From Pseudomonadota bacterium (GTDB taxonomy: Bacteria > Bdellovibrionota_C > UBA2361 > SZUA-149 > DAOLCO01): a stretch of DNA of 64,000 bases. The position numbers and the translations under genes were made by a program. The DNA lies in assembly GCA_027487795.1 (NCBI GenBank), contig JAIYCX010000039.1, positions 355,811 to 419,810 on the forward strand. Reading direction: 5' to 3'. The notes beneath the pieces are model-generated. The model saw only the letters and a program-made list of their open reading frames with translations, was not told where the DNA came from and ran no database searches. Numbering within the stretch: the first letter of the stretch is position 1; each line of letters begins with the position of its first letter. Shown here piece after piece: positions 34,693 to 43,902 of this stretch.

Positions 34693-34806
34693 TACCTTGA
34701 CTCCACCCCATTTTGCGATTTCCCATCGCGAGCAAATTTCTCGGCCTAACATATGACCATAGTCAAATGTATCTTAGCTTCATCAAAGTGGGGTGGACTG
34801 AAGGTA
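34693..34806. repeat. MITE-like 114-bp element with 23-bp terminal inverted repeats, copy 2 (immediately downstream of the GT4 stop)
   Basis: TACCTTGACTCCACCCCATTTTG ... CAAAGTGGGGTGGACTGAAGGTA. Confidence 0.5.
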
Positions 34807-34819
34807 GTATTCAGATATA

Positions 34820-35998
34820 TTAAGCACTATAAATCTTAATCAATTCTTTCTCACTAATCGACCAATTATATTTATCATTAATAGCTTTAAGCCCATTTTG
34901 GCCAAGTAAATCTCTTTCTTCTTTTGATAGAAATGCTTTTTCTATATACCTTGCCGCTGATTCCGGACTACCCGATTCAAAAACGTATCCACAGTTTGTC
35001 TCAAGTACAATTCTTTTTAAAGGTTCTGCATCTGAAACTAACACTGGCTTAGCAAGTGCCATATATTGAAAAAGTTTATTTGGTATGGTGGTATTTATGA
35101 ATTCATTATTTAAATGAGGAACTAAGCATAGATCTGAGTTATATATTAACGTGGGCAACTCACTAAACGAAACCCAACCAGAAAAACTTATACAATTTTC
35201 TAATTTAAGTTTTGTAACAAGTGCTTGCAGTACGCTAAGATAATTTCCTGAACCTACAATTACTAATTTTATAGAATTATTTCCGCGATTACTTAGAATA
35301 TGAATAGCATTGATTATATCTTCTAATCCGCGCTCTATCGTAATCACTCCAGCATATAAAAGTACAAACTCTTTTTGCTTTTCTTTCTTTAACAAAGTAT
35401 TGTCTGTCATAAACTGCTCTAAATCCACAGTATTACTAACAACAAATATTTTATCTGCTGCAATTCCTTGCTTAATTAATCTATCTGCTTGTTCCTCAAC
35501 AACCAAGATAATTTTATCAAATACCTTAACAGAAAACCATTCAACTAATTTTGCTATTCGATAATTTTTAAAAACTCTCGTTTTCCAATCAACCTTACCC
35601 CAGCCCTTTAGTGCTTCTGGATAATTTTCCCACATGTCTAAAACTATAGGGATTCTTAAAATTCTTCCTACAAACCATACTGCTGGAGCTAGTGCGATAT
35701 CTACAACTTGAAGTGCTTGAATTTTATTTTCTATACAAAAAGATACTAATTGAAAAATCCAAAGTGGATTAAAGAAAATTGGAAATTTTAGAATTTTATT
35801 TACTGTTCTACTTTTGAAAGTTGGTATTAGTCTTCTTACATTAATACCATTGTATATTTCATTTGATAGTTTGAAATCACCATAGTTATTACAAAATACG
35901 AAAATTTCATGCCCTGCTGATATAAGGCTTTTTGCTTCTTTTTCTATTCTTTCAGCTGGAGGGAACTCTCCTCCTTGGTATACAATACATATTTTCAT
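34820..35998 (-). CDS. Family 4 (GT-B fold, GT1-type) glycosyltransferase
   Basis: C-terminal EGFGL-type region (…AKPVLVSDAEPLKRIVLETNCGYVFESGSPES…). 392 aa. Confidence 0.75.
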   Translation of the reverse strand: MKICIVYQGGEFPPAERIEKEAKSLISAGHEIFVFCNNYGDFKLSNEIYNGINVRRLIPTFKSRTVNKILKFPIFFNPLWIFQLVSFCIENKIQALQVVDIALAPAVWFVGRILRIPIVLDMWENYPEALKGWGKVDWKTRVFKNYRIAKLVEWFSVKVFDKIILVVEEQADRLIKQGIAADKIFVVSNTVDLEQFMTDNTLLKKEKQKEFVLLYAGVITIERGLEDIINAIHILSNRGNNSIKLVIVGSGNYLSVLQALVTKLKLENCISFSGWVSFSELPTLIYNSDLCLVPHLNNEFINTTIPNKLFQYMALAKPVLVSDAEPLKRIVLETNCGYVFESGSPESAARYIEKAFLSKEERDLLGQNGLKAINDKYNWSISEKELIKIYSA

Positions 35999-36056
35999 TA
36001 ATTTGGATTTCCCATTTAAATCGTGCTATTTGCTTATAAAATATTTAATTAATGAA

Positions 36057-37223
36057 ATGAAGAGACTATTATATATCTCACCTGGACCAGTTCCGCCAAG
36101 TTTAGATAAGAGTTTAAATAAATTCATGGCGTTGTCTGAAATTCTGACTGGTGACGTGCTTGAGCCTATTTGGTGGAATAGCGATAAGGTTGGAATTGAA
36201 AAATTAGGTAAAGATAATTATCCAAATTATCAAATAGGTAATTTTACTTATCGACTATTTCCTCTAGATCGATACCCCAAAGTCTTAAAGAAATTTGTTA
36301 GAATATTTTTCTATATTTTAAAAGCTAGAAAGCTTATAAAAGAAAATGGCTCATATGATTATATTATGACGTATGGAACCAATTCGACTGGTCTTGCAGC
36401 GTGCATAATAAAATTATTATACGGCGGTAAACTTATAGTTGAAATCCCAGGTGTCCCAGAGGATGGTTCTTTATATGATAAAAAAGAAAGAACGATATTT
36501 GATGTAAAAAATCAAATATTTAATAATCTAATGCTATACCTTGTCGGAATTTGGGCAGATATTTTCAAACTACTCTATAAAAATCAATTACATCGTTATC
36601 CAGTTCTCAAAGATAAGTTATCAGCTATATTTCATGATTTCGTTCCTACTCAAAAAATAGAGATGGAACCAATAGCAGATATGGAATATACTGTACTGAT
36701 AGGATATCCGTGGTATCGAAAAGGTGCTGACTTATTAATAAAAGCATTTCATCAGTTTCTATTAGAATATCCTGAAACAGATTTTAAAATAAAAATCATC
36801 GGTTGGATTACAGATCCTGAGTACCTAATAGAATGCAGTAAAGGAGATAAACGAATAGAAATAATCCCTCCAGCCCCGCAATCTGAAATATTTAAGTATA
36901 TAGCAAACTCTAGTTTTTTAACGATCCCTTCAAGAAGTGAAGCAATGGGTCGAGTAGTATTAGAAGCTATGGCTGCATCTAAGGCAGTTTTAGGTAGTAA
37001 CGTAAATGGGATACCAACTTATGTTACTAATAATGAAACTGGTCTGCTTTTTAAGTCAGATGATGTAAATAGTTTGTATGAAAACTTAAAGCTGTTGATC
37101 TTAGATAAAGAACTAAGGCAAAAATTGGGTCAGAATGCTTATAAAGTCTTGAACAAAGAACATAATGAAAAAGCATATGTTAAGAAATTCAAACAAATGC
37201 TTTATTTATTAGATAATAAATAA
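36057..37223 (+). CDS. Family 4 glycosyltransferase (second GT4 of the cluster)
   Basis: EAMGRVVLEAMAASKAVLGSNVNGIPTYVTNNETGLLF motif. Start taken at MKRLLYISPGP; the ORF-track start at 36003 is also possible. Confidence 0.7.
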   Translation: MKRLLYISPGPVPPSLDKSLNKFMALSEILTGDVLEPIWWNSDKVGIEKLGKDNYPNYQIGNFTYRLFPLDRYPKVLKKFVRIFFYILKARKLIKENGSYDYIMTYGTNSTGLAACIIKLLYGGKLIVEIPGVPEDGSLYDKKERTIFDVKNQIFNNLMLYLVGIWADIFKLLYKNQLHRYPVLKDKLSAIFHDFVPTQKIEMEPIADMEYTVLIGYPWYRKGADLLIKAFHQFLLEYPETDFKIKIIGWITDPEYLIECSKGDKRIEIIPPAPQSEIFKYIANSSFLTIPSRSEAMGRVVLEAMAASKAVLGSNVNGIPTYVTNNETGLLFKSDDVNSLYENLKLLILDKELRQKLGQNAYKVLNKEHNEKAYVKKFKQMLYLLDNK

Positions 37224-37224
37224 A

Positions 37225-38712
37225 ATGCCATTCGAAGAAACTTCTCATTTAAGAAAAGCAATTACTGGTGCAAGCTGGTTGGGTATCTCTAAACTTGTTA
37301 GCCAATTAGTTTCATGGACATTTACAATATTAGTGACTAGAATACTCTCTTCTAGAGATTATGGACTGATGGAGATGGCAACAGTTTTCACAGGCTACTT
37401 AGCTTTCTTTGTAGAGTTTGGTATGGGGGCAGCACTTGTTAATAGAACTAACGTATCAAAAGAAGAAAATTCATCAGTTTTTTGGATTCTATTTTTTTGG
37501 GGTAGCATTTTATTCTTACTGGCCTATTTACTAGGCCCAGTTACAGCAAATTTTTATCAAGAACCAGAACTTACTAAGCTTACTCAATTCGCAGGGATAC
37601 TATTTTTACTTTCTTCTTTAATCATTGTTCCAAGAACAATTCTTCAACGTGAATTAAGGTTTAAAGAGCTTGGTTTTATAGAGGCATTATGCACGATTAG
37701 CTCGTGTTTAGTAATGTATTACCTAGCGACAAATAATTTTGGATATTGGACTTTAATATATGGTTATGTTTTTAGAGAAGTCCTTAGCACAGCATGTATT
37801 GCAATAAAATCTAAGTTTTATCCTTTATTACATTTTGATATCAGAGATATAAAACCTTTGATAAGTTTTGGTCTACCGGTCGTACTATCAAGTTCGCTTT
37901 ACTACATATATACTAAATCAGATCGTTTTTTTGGGGGCCAAACGTTAGGCCCTGTTGAATTAGGCTTTTATGCAGTTTCTTTGCAGCTTGCTGCAATCCC
38001 TGTGGAAAAAATTGGCTCTGTTGTGCAAAGTGTTCTTTATCCACTTTTATCAAAAGTAAAGGACGATAAAAAAATATTTTCTGAATATTATTTATCTTTT
38101 ATCTCTTTACTATCAATAATTACAGTTCCCTTGTTTGTAGGTGGTTTTGTCTTGGCAGAGCCTTTAATTTTTAATTTGCTTGGTGAAAAATGGCTAAGTT
38201 CAGTTATTCCCTTTAAATTACTTTTAATCGGGCAGTTAATAATGATCTTATCTGCGCCTAATGCCTTAATAAACAATGCTAGGGGAGAGCCAAAAGTTAA
38301 TTTTTATTTTAATTGTATTTTATGCCCCAGTATCATGTTAGGGTTTTATCTTTCCGCTAGCATGAAAGAACTAAATTATTTAGCACTACCTTGGATTGTT
38401 ATTTATCCATTGTTTCAGTTATTTTTCACGAAATATACTCTAAATAAAGTAAGTTTGAGTTTATTAGATTTATTAAAAATGATCTCACCTTCATTACTCT
38501 CTTCTTTTAACATGGCATTAGTTTTAGAAGCTTTGATTTTCTTGTGTTATAAGAATAATTATAATTTACACACAATTACTGAGCTATTAACACTTAGTAT
38601 TATAGGCGCATTAGTTTATGTGGGTTATTTTTTAATTTTTGACTACAGTTCTATACGTAAGATTATTGCTCTATTTAAAGGAGAGAAGTTTGAACCTCTA
38701 CAAAACAACTAA
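37225..38712 (+). CDS. Polysaccharide/O-antigen flippase (Wzx, MOP superfamily)
   Basis: 495 aa. About 12-14 predicted TM helices. N-terminal pattern typical of polysaccharide biosynthesis protein family flippases. Confidence 0.65.
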   Translation: MPFEETSHLRKAITGASWLGISKLVSQLVSWTFTILVTRILSSRDYGLMEMATVFTGYLAFFVEFGMGAALVNRTNVSKEENSSVFWILFFWGSILFLLAYLLGPVTANFYQEPELTKLTQFAGILFLLSSLIIVPRTILQRELRFKELGFIEALCTISSCLVMYYLATNNFGYWTLIYGYVFREVLSTACIAIKSKFYPLLHFDIRDIKPLISFGLPVVLSSSLYYIYTKSDRFFGGQTLGPVELGFYAVSLQLAAIPVEKIGSVVQSVLYPLLSKVKDDKKIFSEYYLSFISLLSIITVPLFVGGFVLAEPLIFNLLGEKWLSSVIPFKLLLIGQLIMILSAPNALINNARGEPKVNFYFNCILCPSIMLGFYLSASMKELNYLALPWIVIYPLFQLFFTKYTLNKVSLSLLDLLKMISPSLLSSFNMALVLEALIFLCYKNNYNLHTITELLTLSIIGALVYVGYFLIFDYSSIRKIIALFKGEKFEPLQNN

Positions 38713-40456
38713 ATATAATATAGCTTTAATTTTAGTAGCTACTATATTTATTTTTACTACTTTAATTTTCGTATCAGGAATTAATCCAATAACAACCAGA
38801 GGTGAGGGTAGGGAGGGACTTGTTGTTCAGGCTATGGAGAGACAAGAAAATCTTATATTACCTCTTAGAAATGGAGTAGAGATTCCTTCAAAGCCACCAC
38901 TATATCATTGGATATCATATGGATATGATAAGTTAACTAATCTTGATACTATTAAAAATATTGATGTTACATCTATACGAGCACCTTCAGTTATCTCAGC
39001 TAGTTTAATCTTTTTAATTCTCTCAGTCTTTTTATTAAAAAGAGCGCCAAGCATTATTGCATTCTTAACCGTCTCAATACTTTTTTCCTCTTTGGAGTTT
39101 ATCAGGTATTCTACCCAGGGCAGAGTGGATATGGTTTTTACGCTGTTTTTGGCTATTAGTATGATCGGTCTTTATAAGTATAATGAAGAAAAATCTAAAC
39201 TTACATTTATACTTACAACAATTTGTTTATCTTTATCTGCATTAGGTAAGGGTCCTTTTGGTATAATTATACCTCTTTTAATACTTGGTATTTTTATTCT
39301 CTTTGATTTTTCAAAAGAGAATTATTTTGAAAGAATAAAAAAGCTTTTTCCGTTTATACCAATATTTCTATTCTCTATTTTACTCGCATCTATTTGGTAT
39401 TATCTAGCTTATAATATTGGCGGTGAGGATTTTTTAAATACTCAGCTAGGTAAAGAAAACGTGTATAGAGTAGTTAAATCAGATACCATTGAAGTTGGCC
39501 ATAATAAGCCATTCTATTTTTCATTTATATATCTTTTATCAGCAATTCTACCTTGGGCACTTTTTCTACCTAGAATTATAAGCACTATTTTACAGTTAAA
39601 GATATTTAAGGTTATGTTAGCTAAGGATTCTTTATTTAGATTTGCTAGCATTTGGCTTCTTGTTTTTCTTTTTGCTGTCACAGTTAGTGTTAGTAAGAGA
39701 TCTGTCTACTTTCTTCCAGCTCTACCTGCTTTTGCTTATATTTTTGCTATACTTATTAGCAATTCATCTAAAGCTAATCTAAGTAAAATTATACTATCAT
39801 TTGAAAAAGTAATATTTAATATTATTTATATTCTTTCAATTACTTTATTTGTACTTTTAACTATTCTTAGTATTTTATACTTCTCCGGTGTTAGTACTTC
39901 TTCTGTAGTTTCTTTGCTGTCCTTGAATGGGATACAAATTTCTCCGAAAGTTATTTTAATACTTAGCTACATTGATGTATCCCTAATTGGGATCGCAATA
40001 TGTCTTTTATTTTTACTTTTTATTATCAATACTTTTTCAAAGGCTAAAAATAGTTTCTTCAATGAAAGAATTGAAACTGGTGCTTTATACTTCTCAATAT
40101 ATTTTTGTTTTCTTTTTTTAGTTGCTCAGATTAGCATAGCACCTTTGGTATTTGAACAAGAAAATCCTGAAAGTTTTTCTAAGGTTGTAAATCAAGAAGT
40201 TACTAGAGACTCGAAAATATATCAGTACGGCGGTGAGTTTTATGCACTTAGTTTTTATCTAAATAGAGATGTTACGGTAATAAATGATTTTTCTGAGATC
40301 GTTTCAACCGGTCTTTCTACTTATGTTTTAATATCTGAAAAAGATATTAAAAATCTTAAATTACTTGAAAAACACGAGATTATTCAAGTCGCAATAAGTA
40401 ATAGAAACCTTGCTAATAGAGATGGAAAAGTTTTATTAGTGAAGATTATAACTTAA
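38690..40456 (+). CDS. GT-C fold glycosyltransferase, ArnT/PMT-like (GT39/GT83 family)
   Basis: Polytopic membrane protein with the first-loop signature ...RGEGREGLVVQAMERQ...LRNGVEIPSKPPLYHW. TTG start at 38690 preceded by AGGAGA. Confidence 0.6.
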   Translation: MNLYKTTKYNIALILVATIFIFTTLIFVSGINPITTRGEGREGLVVQAMERQENLILPLRNGVEIPSKPPLYHWISYGYDKLTNLDTIKNIDVTSIRAPSVISASLIFLILSVFLLKRAPSIIAFLTVSILFSSLEFIRYSTQGRVDMVFTLFLAISMIGLYKYNEEKSKLTFILTTICLSLSALGKGPFGIIIPLLILGIFILFDFSKENYFERIKKLFPFIPIFLFSILLASIWYYLAYNIGGEDFLNTQLGKENVYRVVKSDTIEVGHNKPFYFSFIYLLSAILPWALFLPRIISTILQLKIFKVMLAKDSLFRFASIWLLVFLFAVTVSVSKRSVYFLPALPAFAYIFAILISNSSKANLSKIILSFEKVIFNIIYILSITLFVLLTILSILYFSGVSTSSVVSLLSLNGIQISPKVILILSYIDVSLIGIAICLLFLLFIINTFSKAKNSFFNERIETGALYFSIYFCFLFLVAQISIAPLVFEQENPESFSKVVNQEVTRDSKIYQYGGEFYALSFYLNRDVTVINDFSEIVSTGLSTYVLISEKDIKNLKLLEKHEIIQVAISNRNLANRDGKVLLVKIIT

Positions 40457-40811
40457 ATTTTTCTTCGTTTATAACGAAATTATCATAGTTACGTCTTGTC
40501 TCGATCGTATTTTCTTTTATAGTTGGAATTACTTGATTATTTTTTTTACTAGATTCACTTAATGCTTTTTCAATTTCTAGTGGTAGGCTTTCTAATTGAG
40601 ATGAAATATGAATAAGTATTTTTTCCACCTTAGCTACTCGCTTGATCAAGTTGTTTCTTTTATTAAACCATGAAAAGAACTCTCTTATGGTTACTAAAAT
40701 ACAAAATGGAACGAAGAATAAAATTAAATAGGTAAAAACATCAGCGTTTCCTGTAACTATATTCGCAAGTAGATTTTTGAGGTCGACGACTGAACCAAGT
40801 AGTTCTAACAT
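40446..40811 (-). CDS. Small membrane protein, hypothetical
   Basis: 121 aa with one N-terminal TM helix and no recognisable motif. Confidence 0.3.
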   Translation of the reverse strand: MLELLGSVVDLKNLLANIVTGNADVFTYLILFFVPFCILVTIREFFSWFNKRNNLIKRVAKVEKILIHISSQLESLPLEIEKALSESSKKNNQVIPTIKENTIETRRNYDNFVINEEKFKL

Positions 40812-40908
40812 GCTATTAATTTCTCCTTAAAATTATGCTTTTAATTTAGCACGTCTGAATTATTCCGTCTAAGGTATAGATAACTTTAGTCGAAGGTGTA
40901 TTGTCCTA

Positions 40909-41277
40909 CTATTCGTCAGACTCATTAGAAGAAAGTTTCTGAAATAAAGCTATCCCATAACTTGTACCTTCTCTTAAAATCTCAGAGAAGCTGTTATTAT
41001 CTTCTTTATATCTTTGATGAGTATTAGTAGTTTTAGTTTCAGACACATTAACATCGGCAAAACTAAATGCACCGTATATAAGAGACCCTAAAATTGTTAA
41101 CTTGATGCCGATTAACGTTAGTTTAAATAATATATATGAGAAAATACAGACTCCAACTAAACCGACAAAACCCGTCAGGATGCCGGGGAGACTTAAAGAA
41201 CCTATGATATTAATTAATTCATTGTTTAATAAAAACTCTGATGAAAATACTACTAGGGAATTTAACAACTGTTCCAC
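40909..41277 (-). CDS. Small membrane protein, hypothetical
   Basis: 122 aa with two TM helices. Confidence 0.3.
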   Translation of the reverse strand: MEQLLNSLVVFSSEFLLNNELINIIGSLSLPGILTGFVGLVGVCIFSYILFKLTLIGIKLTILGSLIYGAFSFADVNVSETKTTNTHQRYKEDNNSFSEILREGTSYGIALFQKLSSNESDE

Positions 41278-41389
41278 GACTGGTACTACTCCTTTTTACA
41301 AAAACATGTAAAGTTTGTATCGGCAATTAATATTAATTTATTGAGTTAAATCTTTAAACACAGATAAAAGTGTTTAAAATAAAGACATT

Positions 41390-42391
41390 TTGAACGTAAA
41401 ATCAAGAAGATATCTAGGGTTATTAGTAGCAATATTATTTAGTGCGGGCTTATTGTACTGGCTAATACGTGATCTGAATTTTTCAGAAGTTGCTAATGAG
41501 CTTAGTCAAATGAACTATATTTATACCATTCCCTGGTTTCTTATCTTTATTTTAGGGAACTACTTAAGAGCAATCAGATGGTCTTTTTTATTAAATGGTA
41601 GAGAAGATATAAAAATACCAGATTTGTTCCACGCCTTAAGTATAGGGAACTTAGGTACTATGTTTTTACCATTCAGGGCAGGGGAGTTCTTGAGACCATT
41701 TTACTTTTGTAAATGGTCTAATAAAAATTTTGCAGAAGTATTTGCTAGTGTCGTAATTGAGCGAATATTTGACGTTATAGGTTTACTATTCGTTTTTTCT
41801 CTGTACTTCTATAAAATTCCCAATTTACCTAATAGTATTTTTCTTGGCTCAATTAGCTTAATTATATTATGCGGGATTTTAATAGCATTCATGTTCCTCT
41901 GCTATCTTGTTCCTACTTTGCCAGTAGTTATTGAAACGTTATTGTTGAAAGTACGTATACCAAAAAAATTAGTTACAAATGTATCATATGTAATTAGTAA
42001 GTTTATTACTGGGGTTTCTTCTATTAAATCTTTGAAACAGCTAGCTATTATTATTGTTCTTAGTTTCTCTATTTGGTTTTCTTATGTAGCATCAAGTTAT
42101 ATAGTTTTATTCTCATTAGCACCTGACACAGCGACTCTTTCTTCTGCCGCTATTACTTGTGTCTTTATAGCTTTATTAATAGCAGCACCAAGCGCTCCAG
42201 GGTTTATTGCAACTTTTCAACTAGGATGTGTGCTTAGCTTAACGGATATTTTTTCCTACAGTAAGGAATTTTCTATCGCCTATTCAATTATATCGCAGGG
42301 TGGTCAATATCTTGGAACTATTATTCTTGGCATAATAGCTCTAAGTTTTCGAGGTGTTAGCTTCTCTAAATTAGTAAAGCAAGACTCTTAA
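41390..42391 (+). CDS. UPF0104 / lysylphosphatidylglycerol-synthase-TM-like (flippase-like) membrane protein
   Basis: LLYWLIRDLNFSEV...YLRAIRWSFLL N-terminal signature. Eight TM helices. Confidence 0.5.
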   Translation: MNVKSRRYLGLLVAILFSAGLLYWLIRDLNFSEVANELSQMNYIYTIPWFLIFILGNYLRAIRWSFLLNGREDIKIPDLFHALSIGNLGTMFLPFRAGEFLRPFYFCKWSNKNFAEVFASVVIERIFDVIGLLFVFSLYFYKIPNLPNSIFLGSISLIILCGILIAFMFLCYLVPTLPVVIETLLLKVRIPKKLVTNVSYVISKFITGVSSIKSLKQLAIIIVLSFSIWFSYVASSYIVLFSLAPDTATLSSAAITCVFIALLIAAPSAPGFIATFQLGCVLSLTDIFSYSKEFSIAYSIISQGGQYLGTIILGIIALSFRGVSFSKLVKQDS

Positions 42392-42407
42392 TCATTAGAT
42401 TTTCATA

Positions 42408-42424
42408 CTGGCATGTAACTTGAA
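42408..42424 (+). promoter_or_regulatory. Weak sigma-54-like -24/-12 element upstream of flgE
   Basis: cTGGCATgtaacTTGAA versus the TGGCAC-N5-TTGCA consensus. The -12 C is replaced by A. Confidence 0.15.
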
Positions 42425-42450
42425 TTACATATTCCTATGTTAAGTAGTTA

Positions 42451-42535
42451 TGTGGTGGTGTGGTGGCTCTTGGCTTAGTGGTGGTTGTGGTGGTGGAGAA
42501 GGGGGGTGCTCTAGTAAAGCGCCCCCTGTGGGGTT
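42451..42535 (+). repeat. G-rich (GTG/GGT repeat) tract with G-quadruplex potential and an embedded 32-codon Trp/Gly/Cys-rich mini-ORF in the flgE leader
   Basis: gtggtggtgtggtgg...gtggtggttgtggtggtgg agaaggggggtgc...gcgccccctgtgggg. Mini-ORF at 42450-42548 encodes MWWCGGSWLSGGCGGGEGGCSSKAPPVGFHY. Hairpin GGGGGUGC/GCGCCCCC. Confidence 0.3.
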
Positions 42536-42579
42536 TCATTACTGATAGATAGTATAACCCAATATGGAAGATTAAATCT

Positions 42580-43842
42580 ATGAGATTGGAATCAAGTATG
42601 TATGCCGGACGTGAGTCATTGATGACTCATGGTACTGCCCTAAATAGCGTATCAGATAACTTAGCAAATTCAAATACAGTTGGATATAAAGATAATAGAT
42701 TAGAATTTGCAGATTTGTTAGCAGGAAGTACGGGAAACTTATATGGCGGACCTTTAGAAACAGGGAACGGTGTAAAAGGTGTAGAAGTAAGAATCAATCA
42801 CGAAGCTCAAGGAACGATTGATAATACCGGAAGAGAGTTGGATACAGCGATAAATGGTCGTGGTTGGTTTGTTCTTGGAGATAAAAATAATATAGCAACT
42901 GCTTATTCAAGAGCAGGGAACTTTTCAACAGATGCTGATGGTAATTTAATTGCGGCTACTGGTGAAAGAATACTTGGATACACTGCAGCAAGCCCAGAAA
43001 CTTTAACTAATATTAACATAAAAAATGTTGCTAGTACTACTACTGCAACTTCGGAAATTATAATAAATGGTAATCTAGACCCAGCCTCAGCATTAGTTGC
43101 AAACTTACCACCTGCAACCAATTTTAGTTCACTAGGTGAGGCGGCATCATTTGTTACTAGCTCACGATCAGTTGATTCCCTAGGGGAGGATAGAGACGTA
43201 ACAATGTATTTTTATAGAACTGGCCAACTAACATGGACAGTTCAAGCTTATGCCGATGGCAAGGATATCGCAGGTGGAACTCCAGGAACCCCTTCTTTAT
43301 TAGGCACATCACAATTAACTATAGGGGCGGATGGCCAACCTTTAGCAGGTGCTGCGCCCTTAAATATTACTCCAGCTTGGGCAGACGGGGCAGCTGCTGG
43401 AGCAATATCAATTGATTTAACAAAGTTTACAGGATTTGCCAGAGGATCTTCAGTAACAAGTACTACACAAAATGGATTGAAAGGTGGTCCAGTTACTGGA
43501 GTCTCATTTAATAATGAAGGGGAAGTAATAGCAAATTTACTTTCAGGAGAAACTACAATTATTGGTTCTCTTGCTTTAGCTAAATTCGCCTCTCCAGATG
43601 GCTTAGAAAGAGTTGGAAATAATAATTTTAGATCTGATGATGGAAACTCGGGAGCTGCTACAATAGGAAGAGCAAATACTGAGGGACTAGGCACAATACA
43701 AGGACAATCACTAGAATCATCAACAGTTGATACAGCAAAAGAATTTATACAGTTAATTCAGTATCAACAAGGCTATAGGGCTGGTTCACAAGTTATTCAA
43801 ATGGCTAATGAACTTATAAGTTCTACCATAAAAATAGCATAA
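42580..43842 (+). CDS. flgE: Flagellar hook protein FlgE (rod/hook family)
   Basis: N-terminal ...SGxxALNSVSDNLANSNTVGYK. C-terminal ...LAKFASPDGLERVGNNNF...GQSLESSTVDTAKEFIQLIQYQQGYRAGSQVIQMANELI. 420 aa. Confidence 0.75.
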   Translation: MRLESSMYAGRESLMTHGTALNSVSDNLANSNTVGYKDNRLEFADLLAGSTGNLYGGPLETGNGVKGVEVRINHEAQGTIDNTGRELDTAINGRGWFVLGDKNNIATAYSRAGNFSTDADGNLIAATGERILGYTAASPETLTNINIKNVASTTTATSEIIINGNLDPASALVANLPPATNFSSLGEAASFVTSSRSVDSLGEDRDVTMYFYRTGQLTWTVQAYADGKDIAGGTPGTPSLLGTSQLTIGADGQPLAGAAPLNITPAWADGAAAGAISIDLTKFTGFARGSSVTSTTQNGLKGGPVTGVSFNNEGEVIANLLSGETTIIGSLALAKFASPDGLERVGNNNFRSDDGNSGAATIGRANTEGLGTIQGQSLESSTVDTAKEFIQLIQYQQGYRAGSQVIQMANELISSTIKIA

Positions 43843-43902
43843 TTTCACTATTTTTATGTCTATGTTATTATCAGATAAATTAAACTGATAATAACCGACA
43901 AA

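Noticed and set aside
43248-43694. 148-aa ORF antisense to flgE, plus smaller ones at 42903-43121 and 43233-43415
   Set aside because: They are embedded entirely within the well-supported flgE coding region and are Ala/Pro-rich, a mirror-strand artefact of the Gly/Ala/Thr-rich hook sequence.
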